Source of the DNA: Octopus sinensis | Lineage: Eukaryota | Assembly (NCBI RefSeq): GCF_006345805.1 | Contig: NC_042999.1 | Location: 164,796,001-164,860,000, forward strand | Reading direction: 5' to 3' | Length of the DNA: 64,000 nt | Part shown: in pieces, positions 12,498 through 24,699 of the stretch | How the letters are laid out: each line of letters opens with the position of its first letter | How positions within the stretch are numbered: position 1 is the first letter of the stretch | Position numbers and translations under genes: made by a program | Notes under the pieces: generated by a model | What the model saw: only the letters and a program-made list of their open reading frames with translations | What the model was told of the DNA's origin: nothing | Databases searched by the model: none

Positions 12498-13676
12498 TTA
12501 TAATAAGAGATATATCAATAATAATAATAATAATGATTATGGAGTAGCATACCATTACCTTTAATTCCTTTTTATATATACGCTTTACATCGATTAGTAA
12601 CCATTGCAATTGCAACCCTACCATAATACCAGTGCAACTGAGAGCATAGGTATGTGGTCATAAACATAAATCACATGCATAAATGATTATTATAAAAATT
12701 AGCAATGATCTTACAACCAGCATCTGACCTGGGCACATAAGCTCTGGCACCTTAGATAGGTAGCTAGACAATTGTGTGTGCATATGTGAGTGTAGACATG
12801 TCACCATCATCATTTCATATATGTCTCCCATTTTGGTTTAGACTGTGTGTGTGTGTATATATAAATACACACATGCATACACACATACATGTATGAGTGA
12901 ATAAGTAAATTTATAGATAATTTCTTATATTTCCTTGAGATATAAGATATAACATATGAATGAGACAATTGATATACAACAGCATACACAGATACTCACT
13001 CACAAATCAACACAAACCTCTAAGGCTATAAATGCATTAGCAAAGAATTTCAATTAAAACTAGACAGATCTGGGACAAAGAGGGGAAGTCATGGATGAGA
13101 TCACAAATGATGATGAAAGGACTCTGACAAACCGACTGATTGAATGATTAATCAAGTAATCAATTAGGTAATCAGTTAACAAATTGACTTGCAATAATAT
13201 TAGAGTGATAATAATAATGGATTGTAATATAGGGGCAAAGCCTGGAATTTGGGGAAAGCGGTTAGTCAATGACATCAACTCCAGTGTTCGACTGGTACTT
13301 ATTTTATTGACCTCAAAAGGAAGGAACATAAAGTTGTCTTCTGTGGTATTTGCACTCAGGACATAATGATCCAGAGGATATGCTGTGAAGCATTTGATTT
13401 GACACACAAATGATCCAGCCAGCTCACCACCTTAATAATAATAATAATAATAATAATAATGCTTTACCATTAAGCTAAACTGTCTGCTAACAAATCAATC
13501 TACTTTTCAGATGCTTTTAAAGCTAAATGTGCAACCACGTGTGTAAATATAAACAAACTAACATTTGTATTTTAATATGTGCTGAAATGTGTATATTTGA
13601 AATACAAATAAGATGATGATTTATTTTTAAATGCAGAGACACCATTAGAACAGCAGAAACATTGGGTAAATTACCT

Positions 13677-13715
13677 TTATAAAGTGGAGAGATTTGTCAA
13701 CAACCAGCTTGAATT

Positions 13716-13754
<39 letters not shown>

Positions 13755-13790
13755 ATAATAATAATAATAAGAAGAAGAAGAAGTATAGGT
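13677..13790. repeat. Compound (TAG)n(TAA)n(GAA)n microsatellite at about 13717-13782 with flank
   Basis: Visible directly. Confidence 0.9.
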
Positions 13791-15049
13791 GAAATAGGAC
13801 CTGTGCACACGTTTCTTACTGACAAAATGACTGCCCCACCCACCAAGATACATCTGGTACAGCATACATTTTCACATCAAGATTCTGGCCAAAATAAATG
13901 CAAAAACGAAATTATACGTGTGTGTGTGTGTGCGTATCTTAATATTCACTTAGGCACTGCGATATTTGTAATCTGGTGTTAGAACTCAATACACAAAATA
14001 CATATGCTTCAGAATAAATTGTCAGTCAAGTGCAATGTTATAATTGGTTCATTCCCGTTATCCCATAATGTGTGTGTGTGTACACACATAAGATGTCACA
14101 GTGTGCAATGTCATGACAGTCATGGTTTTTAAAGCGAAGTGAAGGAACATGTTTACAAAGTGGACGCCAGTCACCAGGTTTCTCTCCTTGTATGACACTT
14201 GAAATCTCAAAGCTCTTTGAAGGTTCGTAATTAAGGCACCTATCTATGACTTATAGGTAGAATGTCGAAGAATGAGATACATTGTTGTTGTTGTTGTTTA
14301 TGATCAAAGACTTTCAAAACCACGATCATTCTGAGTTTGTTTATATTTTTTCCCCAATCATGGTTCAATTTGAAGGCAGGCTGTACACTTTCAGGGATGT
14401 TTGACAACCATTTTTAGCAGGTCGAAAATGTTTTCTCATGAGTGGGGATAGAGCTAACATCATGGTATTAGCTCCCTAGATAAGGGAAGAGCCCCCACCT
14501 CCAATGGGGGTGAGGCTCTTTCCTAATTTTTTCAACATTCTCCAACCGTCGAACAGTGTAATACACCGACTGGAAAATACAGTCGAAAAATTAGTTAATT
14601 CGTGAACTAGTTTTTAGGATTATGCAAATCACTGAGCCAATTCGTCATAGGGTAAAATTTGAAATATTCCATGCTAAATCATGTGACACGTCATAACACG
14701 GCACAAGCTTTTCTTCAACCACCCATATCCTATACCTCACTTTGTTCTGGGAGTAACCTAAACTGCTATCTTTATTACTAAGTTTTCCTGTTTTAAACTG
14801 GATTAAGAAATTAAATTATTTGTGGTGACCCCGATTTTAAAGTTTCAAGCGATTGAACAGTTTGTTTAATGTGTAGCAGTGGCACTCAGTGAATATGAGG
14901 AAAGTCTGTTACAAGGTAAAATAGATTCAACTAGTGTCCAAAACCTAGCGTGGAATCTCCACTGACTAGAAATAGTGTCTACTTCCAAAATATATAAAAG
15001 GGGCCCGTGAATATTTCATAAGCCTCTTTCTAAAATAATAATAGTAATA

Positions 15050-15270
15050 ATAATGGTTTCAAATTTTGCCTCAAGAATAGCAATTTTGTGGAAGAGGATG
15101 AGTCGATTACATCGACCCCAGAGCGTAACTGGTACTTATTTTATCGACCCTGAAAGGAAGAAAGGCAAAGTCGACCTCGGCGGAATTTGAACTCAGGACG
15201 TAAAGACGGACGAAATGCTGCTAAACATTTTGCCCGGCGCGCTAAAGATTCTGCTAATTCACCACTTTAA
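15050..15270 (-). mobile_element. tRNA-derived SINE family B
   Basis: Reverse complement of the consensus body acgttctgagttcaaattccgccgaggtcgactttgcctttcatcc. Confidence 0.85.
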
Positions 15271-16589
15271 AATCATCAGAGACCCCTTGAGCTTTGAGAA
15301 GAAACTCCCTTTCTCAAGGACCAGAAAGCTGAGTTTCTCGCGAGCCATGACCACATCTTCAAATCATACCATTACCAACTTAATTGTCTAAAAAAGACGT
15401 AATGGCCACGGCTGGAAAGCCTCTGATCATTTTTGACCGAAGGCTAAACAACTGCTTCAACTCGAATTCAGTCAGTAAGCTTTCTCCAACAATGCATACT
15501 TTTCTGTATTTTTGTAATAAAAACATTGATGATAATGATTTCTAGTTTAAACACAAGGTCACAAAAACGGGGTGGGGGAAAGTAGATCCGGTTCTGTTGA
15601 CTAAAATCCGTCTCATTTCTTGGGCGTCACTTTATTTTATCAGCCTGAAGGATCGTTGACACGTAATACCGATCCTGACGGGAATTGATCGCTATACCAC
15701 ATATTTGTATTTAATCCAACGCTCTAACTGAATAGTTAGAATTGCTACACACAGCAAACTAAATTTTACAATTTAGTCTCACTCATATCGACAGGCAAAA
15801 GAGGAGAAAAATGGAGCGGATCTCTGTAAAATGTACAGTCAACCCCAGCATAAATAGACGTAAAATAAAATAGCAGTCCAGTGCTCTATAAATTATGTAA
15901 CAAATAATAATAATTGTTTTCAACAAAGGCAAACAGGCCAGAAGAAAACAGTCGATTATATCGACCTCTTTAATACTTGACAGGCACTTTATTTTTATTG
16001 ATCTGGGAAGGATTATACGTGTGTGCGTGCGTGCGCGTGTGTGTGTATTATACACACACACACACACACGTGTGCACGCTTTTCTATTATTAATCAGCAT
16101 AAAGGTAGCTAGCAGACCGCGCCAGGAAAAACACTTGGTGGCATTTCTGATTTTCTTCTGAGTTCAAATGTCGCCGAGATCCATCTTTCGGGGTCGATAA
16201 AATAAGTATCAATTGAAGGCTGGCGTCGCTGAAATCGACACATCACTTCCCTCGTAAATGCTACTGGCCTTGTGCCAAAATTTGAAATTATTATTAAATT
16301 AGCGTAAGCAATAGTGTAACTCAAGAGGCGACAGTTTCGTCCACTGTCACTTAATCTAAGTTTGATAAACTCCAATAACGAAATCTATGAATCAGGTTGT
16401 AATTTCTGATAATATGAATAAATGATAAAATAATATAAATACTCATGTTTGAGTTCTATTTTCTTTTATACATTTATATATTTATAAACGCGTGCGCATC
16501 GGAAATATTTCTAAACACCTCAGAACTGTAGCGTGGTAGGTTATTTTCATTTTCTCGTACCTTCTAATTTTACGTTGATTATATGTGTG

Positions 16590-19147
16590 TGTGTGAGTGT
16601 GTGGAGGAGCACTCCGTCGGTTACGACGATGACGGTTCCAGTTGATTCGATCAACGGAACAGCCTGTTCGTGATATTAACGTGCAAGTGGCTGAGCATTC
16701 CACTGACACGTGTACCCTTAACGTAGTTCTCGGGAAGATTCAGCGTGACACAGAGTGTGACAAGGCTGGCCCTTTGAAATACAGGTACTACTCATTTTGC
16801 CAGCTGATTATCCTGGGGCAAAGTGAAATAAAATGTCTTGCTCAAGGACACAATTTGGTCCAGCCCTTTTAATCTGGTCCAACACACAACCTCTTTTGCT
16901 AAGGCCACCAGACAAAGTATAGTGTTATTTAGCGCCAGTTAAACAGGATTCAGCGATGATTATTTCATCTTTTCAGTCATTTTTACCTCGGACTACATTG
17001 CCCAGTGTCCATCCATTATTCCTGAGAGGGTCATTGGAGTTGGGTCCTCAGGCACCTCCTCCATAGGGTCCTATCAAAAGCAGTTGTTATTACATTTTCC
17101 TGCTGGATTCTCAAGCGTGACCAGCTGAGACTATCGATATTATCTAAGCATTTCGTTCTTGGTCTACCTCCAGTCCTCCTTTCGGTAAGCTCAACTTGAA
17201 GAATTCGTCTTGCGATTGTTTCCTATGACATTCTAATCATAGACGGCGCATGCGTGACCATGTGGTTAGAAGTTTGCTTCCCAACCACATGGTTCCGGGT
17301 TCAGTCTCACTCCGTGGCAACTTGGGTAAATATCTTCAACTTGGACCGAACAAAGCCTTGTGAATGGATTTAGTAGACGGAAACTAAAAGAAACCTGTTA
17401 TTTATATGGCTGGCACTTCGTCGGTTGCGACGACGAGGGTTCCAGTTGATCGGATCAACAGGACAGCTTACTTGTGAAATTAACGTGCAAGTGGCTGAGC
17501 ATTCTACAGACACGTGTACCCTTTACATAGTTCACTGAGAACTTCGGCATGACACAGAATGTGACAAGGCTGGCCCCTTTTTGAAATATAAGTACTACTC
17601 ATTTTTGCCAGCTGAATGAACTGGAGCTACGTGAAATAAAGTGTCTTGCTCAAGGACACAACGCGTAGCCGGGAATTGAACTCACGACCTTACGACCGTG
17701 AGCTGAATGCCTTAACCACTAAGCCACGCGCCTTCACACACACACACACACACATATAAACTTACTGTTAAAAAAGTCCAGTGTGCATACCGTTACTTAA
17801 TAAATGAAATAAAAATGCATTGTAAATAACGATAAAAAACGTATACGTATATTGGGGATACAACCGGACGGGAGACAGACACAAAGAGGCCCCTTATTCT
17901 TCATCAGTTATCAACCAAAATGGTAATACACAGTTTCGCACTATTAATGATAAGACTGAGAACTTTCCATATTGGTGGTGCCTGCGAAAGTCGCAGAGAA
18001 TGCTGGGCCTCAAGCAAACAAAACAACACAGAGTGGACATACGAGAGTAAAAAAGACTGATGGACAAAGACGAAATAAATAGGAAATGAGCAAAATACAA
18101 CCCTAAGGCCAAAAAGACAAGAATGGTAGATAGCACATTAGAAGAAATCCTAAAGGATATGGAAATAGATGGGAATTTTTTGCGACCGAATGGCTGGGCG
18201 GTCGGTGTGAAAAGGGGAGGGAAAGAAGGAAAGTTGGCCACGGGTCACGTGTCAGCACGAGGTAAAGGAGAAAGGGAGAGATAGCGACAGAGAGAAAATA
18301 GAGAGACATATATGTTCATGTGGCACAACGATCAGGAAGGCCTAAAAAGCAATGGAGCTGGGAGGGGTCAAGTCGGTTACATTAACCCCAGTACTTAACA
18401 GGTACTTTATTTTTACCGACCTCGAAAGAATGACAAGACAAAGTTGACCTCGGCGGGATTTGAACTCAGAGCGTTAAGAGTCGAAAGAAATGTAACTAAG
18501 CATTTTGTGCAACGCGTTAATGATTTTGCCAGTTGGATTATATTGAGCCAATATTACTAGACTAGCACTTAATTTTATCGACTCTTGAAAGAGGAAAGGT
18601 AATAATGTTCAACTGGACGGGATGTGAACTTAAGACGTTAATAAAAAACAGAAACGGATGATATCCTGCAAGGCATTTAATGATAGAATTAACAAAATCA
18701 AAGAAAAAAGAACCTACGATGTCTCAGTTAATACGTTACGTCTCTGCATTGAGACGTAACAGCTTCGGTACGACGGACATATATCTTTGACCTTTTCTTG
18801 CTTCAGTCATTGGACTGCGGCCATGCTGGGACACAGACTTAAAGAATTTTTGGTCGAATAACTCGACTGCAGTACTTATTCTACCGCTCTCTTTGCTGAA
18901 CTGCTAAATTACGGGTACATAAACTCACCAGCACCGATTGTCAAGCGGTGATGGGGACAAACACACAAAATGACTCACACACGTTTATGTGTGTGTGTGA
19001 AGGCGCGTGGCTTAGTGGTTAGGGCATTCGGCTCACGGTTGTAAGGTCGTGAGTTCAATTCCCGGCGACGCGTTGTGTCCTTGAGCAAGATACTTTATTT
19101 CACGTTGCTCCAGTCTGCCTAGCTGACAAAAATGAATAGTACCTGTA
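16590..19147. mobile_element. Nested cluster of SINE families A, B and C, an RTE 3' fragment (about 17050-17240, minus) and an unclassified retroelement piece (about 17880-18310)
   Basis: Family C heads at 17690-17735 (minus) and 19000-19147 (plus) carry tRNA A/B boxes (tagtggttag, gagttcaattcc). The RTE piece reads RRILQVELTERRTGGRPRTKCLDNI. Confidence 0.75.
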
Positions 19148-19150
19148 TTA

Positions 19151-19440
19151 TAGCCCTAACTATACTTTGTCTGGTGGCAAAAGAGGTTGTGTGGTGGACC
19201 AGATTAAAAGGGCTGGACCAAATTGAAAGACACTTTCCTCTTTGACCAAGTTTTTAACTCATTCAAGCTTTATTTGAAAGGGAAAATAAGGGTACAGAGA
19301 GAAGTGTCGCTCTCCACCACCAGTAATTTTATTGAAAGGTGAATGAATGTGACAAAAATGGTACAAGTGAACGGGCCTACTCTTAACATGCGCCTATAGA
19401 CGACGTGGAGAGGACACTTGCCCAAGTAGTTAGGGCGTGG
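19151..19440. mobile_element. Probable MITE with short TIR gccctaacta / tagttagggc; fragment of a second copy at 16852-16928
   Basis: Short terminal inverted match; about 70 bp shared in inverted orientation with 16852-16928. Confidence 0.45.
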
Positions 19441-19639
19441 TTTTGTAGGGTTTCTACGAGTAGCTTCTTTTGTAATCTTTTTACTTTTTCACAAAACTTT
19501 TATGTAGCCCCACATTGTATTTTCCTGTACCCTCCGAACGTTTTTTTTTTGTGAACCCTTAGTGGCTAATAAAGAAAACATTATTATTATTATTATTATT
19601 ATTATTATGTTTAACTGGAGTGACTGAGTGGTAAGTGGC

Positions 19640-20620
19640 GCAGGGGTAGCAGTGTGGTAAGTGGCTTGCTTCCAACCACATGGTTCTTGGTTCTTGGTTC
19701 GGTCCCACTGCGTGGCACCTTGGGCAAGTGTTTTCTACTATAGCCTCGGGCCGAACAAAGCCTTGTGAGTGGAGTTGGTAGGCGGAAACTGAAAGAAGCC
19801 CGTCGTATATATATATATGTGTGTATGTGTGTGTATTTGTGAGTTTATGTTTGTCCCCCCCAACATCGGCAAAAGCGACCGATAGAATAAGTACTAGGCG
19901 TACAAAGAATAAGTCATAGGGTCGATTTCCTCGACCAAATGCGGTGCTCCAGCATGGCCGAAGTCAAATGACTGAAACAAATAAAAGAATTATTATTAAG
20001 GCGGTGAGCTGGCAGATTCATTAGCACGTCGGACTAAATGCTTAGCGGTATTTCGCTCGTCTCTACGTTCTGAGTTCAAATTCCGCCGAGGTCGACTTTG
20101 CCTTTCATCCTTCGGTATCGATAAATTACCAGTTGAACACTGAAGTCGATGTAATCGATACATCCCCTCCTGCAAAATGTCTGCCCTTGTAGCAAAATTT
20201 TAAATCATCATCCTCCTCATTATTATTATTAAGGCGGTGAGCTGGCAGAAACGTTAGCACGTCGGGCGAAATGCTTAGCGGTATTTCGTCTGCCGCTACG
20301 TTCTGAGTTCAAATTCCGCCGAGGTTGACTTTGCCTTTCATCCTTTCGGGGTCGATTAAATAAGTACCAGTTACGCACTGGAGTCGATATAATCGACTTA
20401 ATCCGTTTGTCTGTCCTTGTTTGTCCTCTCCGTGTTTAGCTCCTTGTGGGTAGTAAAGAAATAGGTATTTCGCCCGTCGCTACGTTCTGAGTTCAAATTC
20501 TGCCGAGGTCGACTTTCCTTTCATCCTTTCGGGGTCGATAGATTAAGTACCAGTTGAGTACTGGAGTTGATGTAATCGACTAGTCCCCTCCTCCAAAATT
20601 TCAGGCCTATAGTAGAAAGA
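19640..20620 (+). mobile_element. SINE A followed by SINE B and a SINE B dimer
   Basis: Near-consensus copies with intact CpGs. Confidence 0.9.
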
Positions 20621-22595
20621 ATTATTAAGTAACAATTTCTGTATTATTATGAAGCTCTAAAGAAGAAATTCGGAAGCAACTTTGGTTATGACATTCTTAC
20701 AGACATTAGTGATGATATTGGAGTGAAGAAATTTTGAATTAGTAATTGAAACTGGTTCGCAGCACTAGATTGACAGCACTAGTTCTATTGCACTAGTTAT
20801 AAATCTCATATTTTGCACAAGACTACATACTCAAGTGAAATGACATAAAATAATTATCACTAGCTGGATCCGTGAAAAATTCACGGAAAACATAAAAAGT
20901 GTAAGCATCTGTAAACAGTGTACTGGTGCCATGAGAAATGTTCTGAGTTCAAATTCTGCCTTTCGTCCTTTCAGGGTCGATAAATTAAGTACCAGTTGTG
21001 TACTGGAGTCGATTTAATCAACTGTCCCATAAAAAGTTTAGGCCTAGAAAAGTATATTGTAACAGCTACAGAATATAGAAAGTAATGTAACACCAATGAC
21101 TATATAATCCAACCAAAATATCTGTTACACAAACGTAAACGGTATTACTATTTAACATCAAAATACATCGTACATATTCAAAGAACCTTCACGTACGAAA
21201 TAATAAATGAATTTATGAATGAAAGTTTGGTAATTGCGTTTATTTCTACCATGCGACACTTATTATTGCAAACATGTTTTAACTAACCTAAACTATACAC
21301 ACACACAAATACATTCATATATATATATGTCTCGAGTTCTAGCTGTAATTCAAAGGGGCCAGCCTTGTCATATTCTGTGTGAGGTTGAATCTCCCTGAGA
21401 ACTACGTTTATGTTATGCATGTGAGAGAAATACTCAGATAATTTCATCTTCGTGTGGTAATGAAAAGTGAAATTGACATCCAATATTTGCTGTGCGCATG
21501 TATCTATTTATGAACTTTTCTTTGGATTTATGTATGAACTACCTCTCTCACTCCCTTTGTATCCATCTTCCCTCCCGCTTTTGATTTGACAATGTGTATA
21601 TGTATCTATGTATTTACTTCCCCTGCGATGTGATAAACATTTAAAAACACAAAACGAACGCCGTCACCACTCACTGTCCCTTTCACTCTCTCTCTCTCCC
21701 TCTCTCTTTCTCTCTTACTTCCTCTATGTCCTCGTCTCTCTCGCTTTGCCACTTCTTTGAAGTAAGTGTGACACACACATCAGGTACGTACAAAAACAAA
21801 GTTAGCGTATTAATATTATTGATGATGATGATGATTATAGTTGATAATCCTTTATCAGAATTTCTGAAATCTCCCAAAATCCGAAAATGAAAATTCCAGA
21901 AAGCGAAGTCACGCGTAGCGACATTAGCTGCTATGATTTTCGTTACCTGCCTAGGGCCGTGCGAACGTGTAAAAGTCAGGTTTGTTTCGATGAAAAGAAC
22001 TATTAAAGTGAAACTGCTACCTATTGTGCGAAACTAGCGTCATATTTATTCAAAACTACTTTCACAGAATATATGCTGAATTATGAAATGCAAATGGATA
22101 AAATATGTTTAGATTTGAGTTCCATCTCCAAGCTGTCCCATGTTTTACATGCGAACATGCAATCATCTTTAGTAAACCAAGAAACACGCCCTGTCCCGAT
22201 CATTTTGGATAAAGGAGAATTTAAATGTTTTATTTTACAGATCACATGAGAATAAAAGGAAGGTAGACTCTCGTAGGATTTGAACTTACGCTAATAGAAA
22301 GACAACACTTAAAAACTGTTTTATTGGTCGTTTCAACTAGATAAACTGCCAACAATCTATTCTACCAGTAACTACTGGATCTGTCAGTCTGACATAAATA
22401 TAAACTCTCATATACACACACAAACGCACACATTACAATCACCAAATGGCTGATTTTATTGACCTCAGCCCTGTCTGCCAGTACAGCGGTTTAACGGTCA
22501 ACAATGTCTCTCGCTCTCTCCCTATATATAAATATATATAATGCATATCGATCTATCTACGTATCTATAATATCGATTGCTCTAAGTTTTCCTTA

Positions 22596-22639
<44 letters not shown>

Positions 22640-22794
22640 TGTGTGTGTGTGCGTGCGTGTGGCGACGATAAACAAATGCCAAGAATCAAACACTCAGATG
22701 ACACTATTTCAACTAAAGACAAATCCCATCTGAAAGGCAGAGATCCGCTGGAAATCGATCAAATTAGTTACATTGTAAATAATTTTATTGGTCA

Positions 22795-23463
22795 CTAGCA
22801 GTATCGCCCGGCGTTGCTCGGGTTTGTAAGGGAAATAACTATATAAGCATTTTTAGAGAGTTATAGCCTTTTTGGCTATAACTCTCTAAAAATGCTTATA
22901 TAGTTATATAGCAAAAAATGCATTAAAAATTGAAAAAATATGATGGTAAACTTTTTTAAAAATCGTTGACTCATCGTAGACATTTTTAGAGAGTTACTTC
23001 CCTTATATAATAGCGAAAAAATGCATTAAAATGGAAAAAAAACGATGGTAAATTTTTTTTTAAATCGTAGACTCATGTAGACGCTTTCTTAGCCATTTCT
23101 GTTTTGGTGTCTTCAAGCCATGAAGTCGTTGTTCTAAAAGAACACTGGTCTCCTTGACAACGCATTACGACGTTGATTTCCTTACACTCCCTTCCCCACA
23201 GGTGCAGGTGTGAGCGTGGACGCCAACTCCGCCGCCATCGACACACGAAAAATTATGCATTAAAATGGAATAAAAATGATGTTAAATTATTTTTAAATCG
23301 TAGACTCATCGTAGACGCGCGCTAATATTCAGACGGGCTCGATATGAATCACGACTATAAGCTACCCGAATTTGGTTAAACTGCACCGCAAAATGTGGGA
23401 GTAGTTAGGAATCTAAATCGAAGGGGACAGACACTCACACAACTACAGTTTTATATATATAGA
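22795..23463 (-). mobile_element. Non-autonomous Helitron
   Basis: 3' end ...ccgagcaacgccgggcgatactgCTAG at 22795 and 5' TC at 23463; same 3' end as the element at 45167-45548. Confidence 0.85.
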
Positions 23464-23569
23464 TATACATAGCGCAGTAGTGGTGAGATGTGACAGCAAA
23501 GAAAAGCATACATTCACTCTCTGCATGCAATTAGACTCGGAAAGTTCGTGAGGAACCCATTGACCCAAT

Positions 23570-23900
23570 TTGCTGACTTTTCCGATAACACACAGGTCTC
23601 AATGAATGGTTGAATGACCAAATCAAAGCTTCTCTGCTAGTTCCTCAACAGTTACGATGAGATTTTGTTCCACCAGGGTTTTCAGGATGTCCTTGTCGAG
23701 TTCTACAGATCTTTCAGGATGAGGCTCGTCTTCTAGGCTGTAGTTTATGGCTCGGGATTTCTGGAACCACCATTGACACTGCCTTACGCTTATTGTCCAA
23801 TCCCCATATACTGCATTAATATTTCTTGTACTTTGCACACATTTATATTCTGTTATTGTTTTATATGTTTCAGCCTTGAGGTTGTGGCCATGCTGGATCA
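23570..23900 (-). mobile_element. mariner transposase N-terminal remnant
   Basis: QWWFQKSRAINYSLEDEPHPERSVELDKDILKTLVEQNLIVTVEELAEKL resembles the mariner/SETMAR second HTH. Confidence 0.8.
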
Positions 23901-24019
23901 TGTGTGTGTGTGTGTGTCTATCTGTCTGTCTGTCTGTATGTATATATGTATATGTATGTGTGTGAACAATAATATTTTCAACAGATGTGTTGCAAATGTA
24001 TCTGATTGTTCTCAAGCTT

Positions 24020-24069
24020 CAATACTGTGTGTGTGTGTGTGTGTATGTATGTATATGTATGTATGTATG

Positions 24070-24101
<32 letters not shown>

Positions 24102-24117
24102 TGTGTGTGTGTGTGTG

Positions 24118-24155
<38 letters not shown>

Positions 24156-24190
24156 ATGTATGTATGTATGTATGTATGTATGTATGTTTA
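24020..24190. repeat. (GT)n/(GTAT)n microsatellite
   Basis: Visible directly. Confidence 0.95.
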
Positions 24191-24699
24191 CTTTATTTCT
24201 AACACAAGCCACTACCGTTATTTAATGTAAAGTCTTCCTCAAATCACTCTCTCTCTCGCTATTTACTCTCTTCCAAGAACATTTTCACTCACTCTTAGCT
24301 CTTAGCTTCCCATACATTTTACTCATGTATCTATCAGCGTCATAGACAGAATACTTTCAGTTTAGTCTTCCTCAAATCACTCTGTCGCTATTTACTTTCA
24401 TTTTATTCGTTGCCCACTGTGTGTGTGCGTTTGCGTGTGGTGTAAACCAGACTAAGAAAAGCATTTGATACACACACCAGAATGTGAGTTTTCTGTAAAT
24501 TTTGCTTAATTGGAGTTTAAATTTTAAAAACTGGACCTGGCATGACGCGATGCATTGTACTCTTAAAAATGCTAGGTAAATTGTAATTGAAGAAATCCTA
24601 TATTGTAGATTTGTATAACTCCCAAAGGGAGGCAGCTAAAATCTGCCTTTTATAATAAGAGATTACTGCGATGAAGTCTGATTATTATTCTCGATCTGG

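Noticed and set aside
13511-13666. Plus-strand micro-exon candidates (DAFKAKCATTC; TPLEQQKHW/DTIRTAETL)
   Set aside because: Good acceptors, but no phase-consistent chain or homology could be built.
18735-18760. 10-bp perfect hairpin gttacgtctc-tgcatt-gagacgtaac
   Set aside because: Isolated, with no U-tract or CTAG context; bacterial-type terminators are irrelevant here.
16852-19222. 70-bp inverted pair suggesting a 2.4-kb TIR element
   Set aside because: Better explained as a fragment plus a full copy of the small MITE at 19151-19440.
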